From assembly GCA_051294375.1 (NCBI GenBank), contig CM119271.1, forward strand, positions 3,317,061-3,381,060: a stretch of 64,000 bases of DNA, in the 5' to 3' direction. Positions 50,466 through 63,325 of this stretch are shown here, piece after piece. Numbering within the stretch: the first letter of the stretch is position 1; each line of letters begins with the position of its first letter. This DNA is from Paraspadella gotoi (Eukaryota > Animalia > Chaetognatha). The notes under the pieces were generated by a model, which worked only from the letters and a program-made list of their open reading frames with translations, searched no databases and was not told the DNA's origin. Both the position numbers and the translations under genes were made by a program.

Positions 50466-53345
50466 GACGCTCGCGTCTCCGGCGCCAATGGCGAGAGAAG
50501 GAAACGAGTCAAGTTTCTAAAACATACATTGATCGAGGTTTTATTGAAAATAATAAAAAAGTAAACTGGAATCACGATTGTAAACAAAGATGAAATTAAC
50601 TAAAATGCTTGTATATATATATACTCGAAAAAAGAAAGAAAAATTACACAATACGATATAGCAGTGAATATTAATACAGGGGAGATTTTCGGCATTACAG
50701 AGTCGGAAAGAGCAACGAGGCGTGAAAAAATTCTCAACTGGTGGTGTTTACAATCAATTTTATTCTTCTCGGATTTTAACTACAAAATCAATAAAAAAAC
50801 TAAATCTAACAATCTGAAAACTTTTTAAAACTGTAAAAACATTTAAAATCTAAAAATGTAAAATAAAATTAACTTTACAGATATTAAAAATAATTGTGAC
50901 AAAAACTGAAAAGCAATCCTGTAAACATTAAACACTCATACAATTACCCACTTTTAACACGAACAAAAACAATTAAGCTATATAAAATCCATATCTGATG
51001 TAAACAAAAATTTAGATTGTTAATTATTGGTAATAAAAATTTAAAATAAAAAGCAATCGGTATTTAAAATGCCTCAAATTATTGTTTAACTCCCGTGCTC
51101 AAAAGTTTGTTTTTTTTCGTTTTTTTTTTTCAGTACATATCAGTTCACCTCGTACAATACTTTAATATTTGATTATGATCTTGTGATCCATTATGACAAA
51201 AACACCATAACCATAATTTATATATTGCAGGCATGAGGTAGCCTAAATTCTATTCGAAAAGCACTGAGCAAATTATGAAGACATGCATAGATTTCGAAAT
51301 TATAAATATATGCTTTTTTCCTTTTTGCACAATACGTTAGCTCCATGGGAGCCAAAAAAACCAGCTTTAACAAACTCTCCATGACTAATGATAACCGTTT
51401 TATTACGTACGTTTTAACCAAAAAAAAAAAAAAAAACAAACAAAACATTTATTTAGTAAAAAAGTACGTTTTGTTGAAAACCTGAGTAGCTTAAGAAACA
51501 TACCAAACAAGATTGAGGTAAATTTTTACGATAAGTTCATTCAAGCTGGACAAATTTCTTAGTTTGTTAGTAAGAGCAAGGTAGTAACGATTGGGGACAC
51601 CTGATAACGTGTTTTGCTTCAATAAATATTCACAGTTGTTTTTGGGCCAATCCGAGATGTTTTTACTGGCTTGAAGTAAAAAAGTCTACTAACCTAAGTA
51701 CATTAATTTAAGTGATAATATTTTCCATTTGAGAAATTTACAAACTTGAAATAGCTTATTTCTTATTAAAATACGTAGTCTAATCGTAGAATTTATTCTT
51801 TTTAATCATTAAAAGTTAAACCTAAAAGTCTACAAGTACAAACGCTTCCTGGAGACCAAAAATATTATGATATATTGTTCGGGAATCGTATCATTAGTCC
51901 ATAGTAATTAAGACCAAAAATTGAAAAGTTGCTGAGCTAAAAGATATTATTTGCACATCCTCATCAATATGTAATTATTGTCAGATGTAGCTTTACTCTT
52001 TCCAAATATCCCGATGTGTATATATTACAATTTAAAAAATCCAATAGGATAAACGTTAACATTCCGAGGTTAAAGAGAGTGAAATTTGGTTAGGGGGGAA
52101 AAGGCAAGGCAAGAATAAGTTAGATCTCTTGCACATCGATAGAAAATTACGTTTTAATCAATAAATAAGCTGAACTGCATAAATGGGAAGAACGTAATTT
52201 GTTTGCTGAGGAAAAAAAAAATTATGAATATAGAATAAAATTCTAAAGAATCCAAACAGTTTGGAAGGCATAGTGACTACAATTAAAAACTCCTTGATGG
52301 ACGATAAAATGAAAAATGGCAAGTTGCAAGTTTATATTCACTACGTCTATGATTTCGTGAGTAATAAGAATACATTAGCCGAAGAACTCGTAGATTCCGG
52401 TTTTTCTTTTTATACAAAAAAAAAAAACAAAAACAAAAAAAAACGTTTGTTGATGCGAATATTACACGAAAGTAGGAAACAAAAATCCCCACCCAAAAAC
52501 ATATACACCAAATGAAATAATTATATATATTATATAATCGCAAAAACGTCTTACGTTTTGGGAACAAAAGGGACCAAAATTAAAAAAAATACCCTTGAAA
52601 CACAGGTTTTAGGACCCGTAGGTTGGGATAAGGTAAACGGTATTGAGCCCTGAGTTGTAATATTCATTGGCGGCAATAACCCGGAATCCACTCGACTTCT
52701 TAGAATAACTACTTTTGCAATGCTATACAGTCTTTTTTTTTTTAAATTTTATGTTGTTGAATAAATGGGTTGAACAAAAACTAGCCTTTCAACCCTCTTC
52801 CACGAGAGAGAGAGAGAGAGACCTTTACTCCGTTACGATAAAATTGCATTCGAGTTTGGGGGGGGGGGGACAGGAAATCATTATCTACATGAAGTCCGCG
52901 AAGTATTTCATACATTATAAAAAGGTGATGATGATCCATTCGTTTATAAACCCGCCTTCACCGTTTTTTTTTTCACATTCATAGTAATCAATGCGATAAG
53001 TTCACCAGACAAACACCCGACTCCCCCCAACATCAGGGAAAAAAAAAGGAAGTCCGGATCGGGCATTCTTTTTTTTTTTATCAAACAGATTCGCACGCAC
53101 AGAAAAAGAAAGCGTAGTAGATAGACAAGTTCCGGAGAAACGATGATATGAGATAGAGTTCCTCTTTTTGCACACAAGTGGTGGCAGCGACGGACCACAC
53201 GCACTTAATTGTTTTCTCTGTGTATTTTAAAATCTTTCTCGACCAGCCACCCGCCCAACACCCCTCCAAAAAAAAAAAAAAAAAAAAGATCTGGAAAAAT
53301 ACTGTACGCGTATAATCTTTATTTTTTTTTCTCTATGAGGTTTAT

Positions 53346-56300
53346 TCAAGGAAAGGCGGCCTCCATGGCGGCCATGTCGTCGACGTGGTTCTGTCCGTCT
53401 TCGTCCTCGTCGTCGTCGTCGCCGATTCCGGATCCGGCGGCGTCGTCGTCGCCGATCATCGCTTCCTCCATCTCGACTCCTTCCTCGATCTTGATGTCGT
53501 CGAGGTTTCCCTCCACTTCGTCCTCGGAATAGCTGGCAGCTTCTTCGCCGGCTCCGGAAGCCGCGGCGGGCGGCGCTGCAGGGCCACCCGCGCCTCCACC
53601 ATACCCGTGATACCGCCCCATGTTCGAATAGCCTACCATTGTGGGCAATCCACCGGCGCTCATCTCGAAGTAACCGCGGTGCGGCGATGCCTGGGGAAAG
53701 GCGCCCAGAGGATCGGCGTCGTTCAAGCTAGCCGGCGCTCCGGGGCCGCGTTGCCCGGCTCCCATGGCGCGAAATCCACCCCCGAAGCTAGCAGCGGCAG
53801 CGGCAGCCGCAGCCGCGGCGGCAGCTCCACCGGCTCCGAATCCGGGCACGCCGCCGGCTTGAGAACCCGCCCCGGCTCCGCCGGTGCTCAGGTTCATGGT
53901 GACCCCAGCGCCACGCGGGCCAGGTAATCCGCCGCGCGCGCCCCGGGCACGGGCTCGACCAGGACGCATGTATGGCTTAAAACCCAGCTTGTGCATGTGG
54001 TAGTAGACGGCGAGGCGGGAGATGCCGAACTCATTGGCGATTTCGCCCACGGGGACCTTGCGAGTTACCAACGCCTTGAACACGTTGATGTCGACTTTGT
54101 TCTGCGCGCCGCGCGGTCGCCCGATTTGCATCTGACCCCGGGACGGCGAGTTCATGTAACTCGGCAGGGGCTGTTGTTGCTGATCCGGCGACTGCTGCTG
54201 CAACGGCACGACGGCACCGACGTTCCCTTCGGCGCCGGACTGGGAAGTCTCCGGAAAAATGTTTCTCGCGCCGCTGGCGTTGTTGTTGGCGGAGGCGGCG
54301 ACGGCGCCGTTCTGCACATCATTAGAGTCTTCGGTGGTGGAGGCGATCTCGTTGTCGCTCGTCGTCCAGCTCCGACGACCGTAAGCGTTGATGCCAAACT
54401 TTTGCATCCTGGGGGAGGAATGAGAGAACAAAATGAAAATGCATACATAGGAATTAAAATTAATGGTTGTGCATGTGTCAAAAATGTAAGTTTTTTCTTT
54501 AAGACTGCACGACGTAGGAGCCTTTTTATTTGTGTGTGCAACAACAGGAGGGACCGAATGGAAGATCAATTTTACGTTCGCCGACTAGAATTTTCGCTTC
54601 TTATGAATAACAATGTAAAATTAAATGTAAAATTTAGCCGTACAATGTATAATCCCGGCGAGATAAAGTGAAAAGGAAAATACTTGGAGAAATAAAAAAA
54701 ATACAACGAACCAGTAATAAACGCAGAGTCGGCTGACTCCCATCTCGTTGGCGATGTCTTTGACCGGCACCCGCTGCGTCAAAAGCGTTCTCATCCGGTT
54801 TACGTCGACGCGCTGTCGACCACGCCCAGGAGCGCCGCGACCCACGCCGCGAGCCGCATTCATGTAAGAAGGATAAGGGACCAAAGCCTTGGAAAGAGAG
54901 GCGAGATGAAGATTTAAAGGTTATAAATAAGAGATTAGAGTGATGTGATAAAATAAAATTTCATAAAAATAAAATTTAACAAATCGAACATGAAAATAAA
55001 AACCCATAAAACTACGATAAATTTATTTTTTAATGTTATACTTTACGGGGCATCAGCGAGCTATACTTATTTAGTAATAAGTATATGAAAGTTTTTTTGA
55101 AATTTAAACCTAATTAACAACAATTTTAAATTTTTTTTTTCTTTTATCATTTTTTTATTCCTTACCTTACCTTCCTTACCTTCTCAGAATTTAAATATAT
55201 AGAGGAAGTACTATATACAAAATAGGCTGACTGGGTTACGATATCAATAAAAAAAATAAATACAAATTAGTATTTACTAATAAGATAGTTTTTAAGATAT
55301 AATTGCTAAATTTTGATTCCAAACTTTTACTTCACCCTAATAGAGATGCATTCACGCGCAGAGCAAAAAAATAACCTGCGAGGTAGACGCGAAATCTGAC
55401 GCATCCTGAGCGGACGCGGATTTGTTGGCGGAATTTCCGGAGAGGGAGGCGATTTGGTTTTGCACGTAGGAGAGAGGAAGACCGAGAACGTTGGTGATCT
55501 GCGTCGTAGTCATCTTCAGCTGCGACGTCATGTAGCGAATCTGTTCCGAGACGGAAGCAAGAAGCGGCGCCGCGGGGATTCCGGCCAAGGACGGCGGGAG
55601 GGCGACGCTGCCACCGGCGGCGCCTCCGCCACCGGGATCCGACTTGGCGTCGTCGCTCTTCCCGGCGTCATCGAGGAAGTCGGAATTTAGATCCTTGCGT
55701 GGAGAATTTTTCATGGCCGCGTCGAGACCGGTGGCGACGGCGGCGGCTGCGGCAGCGGCGGCGGCGCGGTTACCAGTGGTGGAGGATCCGGCGGAAATGG
55801 AGGAGCGGTGGTGCTGTTGAGGATCGAATCCGCCGGCGCCTCCGCCGAGACCAGCTTGTCCGCTAGAAGAGGAGGCGTCCGCGTCGACGGGCAGCGTGAA
55901 GGCCTGGATACCGACGACGGTTCCTTCTTCCAGTCCCGAAGTCGGAGAAAGCATCTTTGAAGCGGCCGTCGACGACGAAGACGCCGGGGAAGCGTTGTGG
56001 TTGGCGCCGGCGCCTCCCGCCGAGTACGAGGGTGATCCGAAGGACGGGCGGAGGAGGGTCGAGGTGGGCGTGGCCGAAGTGGATCCGGACAAGTCCTTCG
56101 TGGGTTTGAAGGCGAAACCGGGCCCGACCTTGTCTGCCTCCTCCGAAGTCAACTCCTCGTCGCCCTCCATGACACGGAGGCTGCCCTTGAGGAAGTTGTC
56201 GCGGAGGCCGTTACGACCGGCCCATTTGCGGCCGCCGTGGGCCGTCTCCACCATCACGAAGATGCTCGTGTTTGTCAATGACGAAAGCTGCGGAAAAGCG

Positions 56301-56943
56301 AGAAGGGATGGTGAAAATGAAAATTCACATTTCGTCTCAATTTTAACCCGATTGGTCGGTCAGTCATTTGAGGTCGACTCACCTTGATCGCGCTCTCCAG
56401 CAGGATGCTGGTGAACTTGGTTTCCATCTTCTGACCCTCTTCGATAAAGCTGAGGAAATTTGCGGCGGCGGGAAAGGATTCAGCGGCGTTGGCTGGATCG
56501 AGGCCAGCGGCGGCGGCGCCCAGATCGGGCTCCTGGATGGAAGACGAGAAGGCGGCGAAAGGATCGGCCGACGACGGGGAAATCCCCGCCGTCGCGTAGT
56601 TGTTGAGGTGAGGATTCATAGCTGCCGCGCCAGCGGCGGCCGCAGCGGCGGAGACCGGCGAGGCGAGGGAGGAGGGAAGGCCCGCGGCGTGGCCAATACT
56701 ACTGGGCTGAGGAGAACCGAGGTTGTTGCCGGCGGGATTCATCGAGGCGATGGAAGAGATCTGGAAGGGCGTCTGTTGCTGTTGTTGCTGAAGTTGTTGT
56801 GGCTGTTGCTGAGGTGTGGCGGGAGAAGAGGGGGTGGTAGACTGAGGTGGGGGCGCCAAATGTGCCACCGAGTCCATCTCTTGGTTGGGCGCGCGACTAG
56901 AAGGAAGACAAGGCGACGAAAATGCTGCTTGAAAGTTGTGCAT
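53346..56943 (-). CDS. Uncharacterised putative transcription factor: divergent MADS/SRF-like segment plus three HTH-like repeats (ATG 56943 or 56877)
   Basis: Four GC-rich exons (~56943-56382, ~56288-55376, ~54887-54712, ~54408-53346) with compatible splice phases; Gln/Ala/Gly-rich linkers and acidic tail. Confidence 0.75.
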
Positions 56944-57338
56944 AGTTTTTTTTTTCGCTCAAATTTCGATTGGCTGAAGCATCGGGCACGGTTTTTTTTC
57001 GTGGTTTTTAAAAAAAAATTTCACGTATCCTTAAAAACGGAAAAAAAGTTAAAAATAAACGTATAAAGAGCAGCACGAATAAAAAAATTGTCGAACCCTT
57101 CTTTGGCACGGTTTCAATTTTTTGGAAATATTATGCAAAGAATAAAGTGTTTGAATGAAATAATCTTAAAGTGACAAAAAAATTTTTTGGGGTCAATTGT
57201 GAACAATTTTAAAAATTTAAGTCTTACTTATATCATATCCCAAGTGGTTTATTGTATTGCTATTATACAACAACCATAGAAAACATTACTTAAAACGGAA
57301 AAGTTCAGCAAAGGTTTAAAAATTGGAAGGTCACTGTA

Positions 57339-57530
57339 TGGAGGACGCTTTAGGTCATGTGGGTCATGTCGCTGGCCACCGTGGTAACCGGTGGTTGTTT
57401 AGCCACTGACCTTGCGCTGAGTACACTTGGGCTGACTTTTGGCTTTAAAAGCGGACAAGCTCACGATGGTAGACAACTCGAAATCCACGGTAACCAGCGA
57501 CATGACCCACATGACCTAAAGAGTCCTCCA
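57339..57530. mobile_element. MITE with ~37-bp TIRs and TA flanks
   Basis: tggaggacgctttaggtcatgtgggtcatgtcgctgg vs ccagcgacatgacccacatgacctaaagagtcctcca. Confidence 0.85.
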
Positions 57531-58496
57531 TAACTGGTTATTTTAGGTAAGTTTGGGCTAAGTTTAGGCAAGGTTAACGGAGAAAAAAACATTTAGGTTA
57601 CGGTTAGAATCTAATTTGTTTTTTATTTTATGCAGTTATTTTTGAATCATCATTCTTCAATTTATAATTTCTATTTTTATTTTTTCCGGCCGACGTTGGC
57701 TTCATCCCTTTGATTGTTACCATGGAACCAGGGGGCTCTCTCAAACCTAAAAGACTTCGCCAAATTCGCAACGAATGCAGGCTTAGACCTCGGCAAAACG
57801 TCAAGGCACTTTTTTGAGAGACCTTCTGTCTGCCTTCAGCGCGAGAATGGGGACCTGCCTGATTCCCGATGTCCAGTGATTGAGTTTCCACCTCATGTGG
57901 ATGGAGTTGCTTGACTTTGTCCCCCGATCTCTTTTTTCTTTTTCTTTCTTGTTCGCATTTATTGTTTACATAGAAACTTTTTGCAACCATTTCCAAAATT
58001 ATTACTTTGCTCTGTTTTCTTTCAGAATAAAAAAATTCTATAATTAAAAAAACTTTCAAGAAGATTTTTATTGAAGGTGCACCCAAATCTTTTATTCGAG
58101 ATCAAAGAAGACTCCTTTGCTTTACCTTCACCTTATCGACCCAATTTACCAACTTGTATACATAATTGTTAAAATGATTCACGACGTTAAAAACCTATAA
58201 AAACCTTTTAAAATATACAAAGCTCTATAATTTAAGCCTAGTGAACTTGTGGCTAAGCTTCAACTAAAAGGTGCTGGTTTTAATGTGCAATAAAAACCCT
58301 TAACTTAAGGAATTCGTCACGGGAAAAGTAAGCACAATATTTCGCATTATTAATATTATTCGCTTAAAGTACTGTAAAGCAATTGTTGCCAATTATTTCA
58401 GCATATATTTTTACTCCATGATCAGTGGTAAAATATATATATTAGGCAAAAATCGATGTTTGTACAGTATTTCTCCATTTAAAAAATATTTTGGAT

Positions 58497-58643
58497 AAAA
58501 TTTTAATTTCGCCGACCGGGGTATTGGCGTCATATAAAAAAATATAAGAAAATATAAAAAAATAACCACCCTTAATCCTAAACTACCCTTAAACCACTCT
58601 TAACCCTAAACCTCCCCTCACCCCGGTCAGCGAAAATAAAAAT
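58497..58643. mobile_element. Short member of the telomere-like foldback family
   Basis: ttttaatttcgccgaccgggg ... ccccggtcagcgaaaataaaa with TAACCC-rich arm. Confidence 0.55.
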
Positions 58644-59258
58644 ATACTAATTTTAGGTTAATTTTAAGTTAATTTTTCAAAAGCCGCCAAAACCACAAAC
58701 CCCAAAACCCCAATTTTTGAGTTCTTAAAAGTATATAATACGAACTACAATATACCAGGAAAATAATTAGCCTAATTTTTTTTTTAAATTGGCCTCTACA
58801 TATTTCACAATCAGCTAAAACCCCATTGTTGATCATTCAGCCATATTTCATAATTAGTTTCAGAAACAGTATTAATAATAAAATATCTCACAACATTATT
58901 AAATAACTACTAGCACTTGATATATTAATACGAAAAAGAAAAATATTATGAAATAAAACAAATAACTAACAAATTTTTGAAAGTTGTAAAAATTTTTTTT
59001 CTATATTCGCCATGATTTTTGCGCTGAAAGATGTTAACTGTCGTAGGCCGCCTAAAACTTAAGCTCACTCCAAAACATATGATTGAAATCCCATCGCACC
59101 AAAAATTGAATTAATCAAAAGTGTAAAAACAAACGCAAAGAGCCCCAGGAAAATGACCCGAACGCCCAAAATCAGGAAAGTTAGTAAGGAAACGGGAGAG
59201 AGTTCAATTTTAAGCTGACCAAAAACTGAACAGGTAAAATTTCAGAAATATCAAAATA

Positions 59259-59857
59259 CAGGGAGGTCCAGCTCCTTTGAAACTAGCTTCAAGTGCTTTC
59301 AGCACAGAAAAGGTTTCTGATCGAAAAAAAAACGAGACTATATTTAAAAATTAAGCTAATTTCTTTTTTGATTGATAACAAAAACGTCTGGAAAATAAAA
59401 CGGCATCCCCTGGAATTTACACTTTTTGCATAACATGTCATATTTTTTCGTACCGTTTCTTTACAAAATTTAGGGAAATTTTGGCGAAAATCAAAATGAA
59501 GGATGAAGACTTCTGACTTTTGACTACGCAGCTTTTCTGACTGCGATCCCCTAGATTAAAGAAAATGTAGAATAGAGAAGCAGGATGACTCAAGCATCCC
59601 CTCTAGAACTCTCGACTTTCTGATAGCGGCAATTAGTGTCAAGAAATGGCCACATTTTAACGGGCGCGGCCGCAAAAGCATGCGCCGCCTTCTCTGGACA
59701 CTTGGAGAAGGTCAGGGTTGCCGAAGACAAAATTGTTTAATAGATTATATAGTCAAGACAATTTTTTACATGTGTACCAATTTTCATATCGTTATTCTTT
59801 TATTTACCCCTCCAAACGATTTCTTTAATTTAGTCCCAAAAGAGCTTGACCTCCCTG
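59259..59857. mobile_element. Tc1/mariner-type non-autonomous element
   Basis: TA|CAGGGAGGTCcagctc ... gagcttGACCTCCCTG|TA. Confidence 0.75.
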
Positions 59858-60851
59858 TAATTACAATAAATTGGTTTTTTTTTAAATTCTAACCTTATTA
59901 ATATTCGTGAACAGCTTTATGAAGTTTAAGGAGTCAACAAATTTTGTTTGCAATAAACCGCGGAGTAATTATGTATTCTTTACCTACTATTGTGTCATAT
60001 TAAACTCTTACATAAGTTATTAAATATAATCAAATAAAACTCGGCCGAAAAAATATTTAATCTCAAAAGTTGTTTAAAATATTCAACGTCAACTATTATG
60101 TCGAATAATAAATGATAAATGTAGTGGCAACAAATATTATTGGAACGAAAACTTTATATAAAAATGAGGAGTAGATTTCAAACATATTTTTTAGTTTGCA
60201 TCTCATATGAATCACGCAAGCACATTAAAAAAGAAACATAGTGATGTAAACATGATGGCTGGAAATGAAAAAAAAAATTGGACATAGGACTTACAATCAA
60301 GCCCCATTAAATAAATAATTACTACACAAGCGAATAACCGCTTTTATTTGCGTGAAAGCCGTCCGATATAACCGTCCTCCACCGTAAGAAAAGTAATTAG
60401 CTACGATATATTTTTTTTTAAAATCGGGCAATAACGATTCCATAGTGATAAATAAAATGTAAACAATTAAATAAGCTACTAAAAACCAGAATTTAATCAT
60501 AGAATCGACTAGAAAATACTGACGAAAAAAAAATCCTTTCAACCACCGTAGAGGAAAGGGAGGGTCGCGAGCTGGTGAGGAGGGGGGGTGGACGAGAGGA
60601 AAGGGAGGGCCACGAGCTGGTGAGGAGGGGGGGGGAATAGAGAAAGCAGCTCCAATCAAACAATCTCTCAAATCGGAAAATCTCGACGAACTTTTACCGC
60701 GGATCAATATTCTGGCTTTTTTTTTGTTTCGCGCAATGTCATCATCGGAAAAATCGGGTGGGGAAGACATCACCGTAAGCGAAGAGAAATGGCACGTCGT
60801 AGTGCCTCTTTCTCTTTCACTCTCTTTTGTGTGAGATTTTGGGACGTTGTG

Positions 60852-62274
60852 TCACAAGAGCTTCTTGCCTCCGCCGCAAGCGGCGCCGTTGGGCAAGGCT
60901 TCGGCGGAGGCGTCGCAACGGAGCCGCCGCCGTCGCGGCCCGTCAGAGTTCATTTTAGTTTCTCCAAGGTCGTTGCCGGCGTCTTCGTCCTCGTTGTCGG
61001 GGAGGAAAGGAGAAACGGCGAGGCGCACAACGCGGCCAAAGACGAGGCAACACAGGGTCTGGTGGAACATCGCCGCCACTCGATAGTACCTTAGGGGACG
61101 AAAATTTGCGAACGAAAAATGATTACAGAAGGTTTCATATTATAAAATGAGGTACCACTTTTTTTGTGAACAGAATCTGTACCCACCAAGCTAACCGATC
61201 GAGTCTTAATGACGATATAAATGGAACTATCGAGGCGAATTTTAATATTCAACCCCTGACAAGAGATACAGGGCCCTGGGGCTGGACCCCTGGGGGGTCA
61301 AAAAATGATAAATTTTTTTAAAATTTTTTAAAAAATATTTTCATAGAATCAGGTTCATTGATGTTTTAACCTAACAATTTTTTTTAAAACAAAAATTGAA
61401 AAATTTTTGCTAATTAATCGGTGTTTTATGGAGGACGCTTCAGGTCACGTGGGTCATGTCTCTGGCCACCGTGGTAACCGGTGACCACTGACCTTACGCT
61501 GAGGACACCTCGGCCGACTTTTGGCTTTAAAAGCCGACAAGCTCCCGACGTACAAGACAACTCGAAATCTCTTTAATACTTTCTCCTTCACTGTTTATTA
61601 CTGTTAATGTTAAACTCTTTGTACATTGTATGAAATGTATCTTCGTTTAAACCCGTCTCCTTATCTCAATTATTCACGTCGCCATAGTATGAAGATGCAT
61701 GGTTCATCGTTTTTCTTATAATTTTCTCGAATTATTCAAAATCTGACTTGAACCGCTGATGTTCATGAAGCTGAACTAAGGTAAACTAATATTTTTGTGG
61801 TAAAAAATATGTTTTTGTGAAAGAGTAAACGTCTGTGCAACTGTTCAAAACAAATAAAAATTTAATATCTCGGCCCATCGGTATCGTTCGGACCAAATTT
61901 CAATAAATTTCAGTAGTTTTCTCGGAACGTGTTCTTGTCACAAAAAACAAATATGAAGCCTTCTGTAAAGTAAAGTTTGAAATGGAAGAAAATTTTACCG
62001 GAATTTAACCGTTTACTTTAGATTTAAATCGATTGAAATAGCGCTGAAAATAGCTTGAAAATAATATAATTTTGTAGAACGAATATTCAATTACAACAAA
62101 AACTAATTTACCTGCCACTGAATGGGTCCGATGTTGCAGGACAAACCATGTTGTTAAGATTAATGCCGGACAAAATAGCAAGTCCTTGCAAAGGAACCCA
62201 ATGATATAAAAACATGAGTCCCGTCATAAATACGGAATAACTCCAATCATCCCACGTCTCGTAGGTATAAAGAC
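60852..62274 (-). CDS. TMEM164: TMEM164, last two coding exons (62274-62112, 61089-60852)
   Basis: GLYTYE..TGLMFLYHW..LQ.L....[30 protein letters not shown] matches the TMEM164 C-terminal motif as recalled. Confidence 0.82.
61427..61569. mobile_element. Truncated copy of the 57339-57530 MITE
   Basis: Left TIR and internal sequence match; right TIR absent. Confidence 0.75.
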
Positions 62275-63325
62275 CTGAAAACAAATCGTTTAATAATTTT
62301 CAGAGAATTTTAATGTTCAACTAAACTCGCACAGCATCCGTTCGTGAAACAGAATCCTGCAATTAAAGTTAAAATTCATGTTCATTCCAATAAACTTTTT
62401 TTTCCATATTTATACTTGTACTTGGCTGAACCATCGCGGTTTCTTTGTGAGTGTAAAAAAAATACGAGTAACGACCTGTTCTTCCACATCGGCCGAAAGC
62501 CTTAATTATAAAGACCGGCTAGACTCGGTCAATCAACTTCGAGCAACGGATCCTACAACCATCTCCGTTTCGACTGACTTCAATTGGTAAGGGCATGCGG
62601 GTACTCAACATTCCCGATAGAAGTCGACTGACGATCGTTCAAACTCCATCTTTATTCAACCTATATACTAAATAAAATTTCGGTATTGTCCGTATCAACA
62701 GACACTAAGCCATAAGATGATTAGCTAGTTATATACAGTTCGACGTTACCCTGAGTAATCTATCAGTGAAAGCTGAGAAAACTTTTAAACCAAAGCCATT
62801 AAAAAACAAAACAGCTTTTTAATTCACATCAAAACAGCAACTCGTAAGAAAGAGGATGGGCTAAAATCTTAGCAATAGCCACGACAATCTACTTTCACAA
62901 CAAGCTAGTTTTTTACTTTACAATTGAATTAATAGGTAATAAGAATATTATAAAATTAATTTAAAATTTTCTGTAATCATACAGAACAATCTGGCTAATA
63001 AGATTGGCGAACCATGAAATATTTCACAATAAAATTGAGCAAAATTTAATATAAATTATCTTTACATTTAAAAAATGTAAACACCAAAAAATATTATGGA
63101 TGATGTATCCGCGCTAAAAGAGAATGAAAATAACACGGAAAAATAAAAACTGGTGAAAAATTAAATAAAAATAACATTAGCAATGTGATAAACCTCATTG
63201 ATTGGTTAACGCAAATAATTAATTAAAACGCTGATCCCATTACTACATTACTACAATTGCAATAAAAAATTGACCTAAACTTCACAAAAAAAATGGAGCA
63301 TCGAGAAACGGACAAGTGGGGGTGG

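Noticed and set aside
53385-57066. Long plus-strand ORFs (53385, 53991, 55896, 56368; also 22827, 20909)
   Set aside because: They are antisense shadows of GC-rich minus-strand exons, with no independent motifs.
57110-57200. Sm-site-like AATTTTTTGG motifs suggesting an SL RNA or snRNA gene
   Set aside because: No leader-plus-GT donor hairpin or flanking stem-loops; expected by chance in AT-rich DNA.
57628-58086. 152-aa ORF and overlapping plus-strand ORF
   Set aside because: No recognisable domain or convincing splice context; cannot be supported as a gene.
60549-60636. Two G-rich 45-bp tandem units and the overlapping 158-aa ORF
   Set aside because: A simple local duplication downstream of TMEM164; the ORF is low-complexity and unsupported.
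62470-62660. Candidate upstream TMEM164 exon
   Set aside because: All minus-strand frames have stops and no TMEM164 motif; more likely a decayed repeat fragment.
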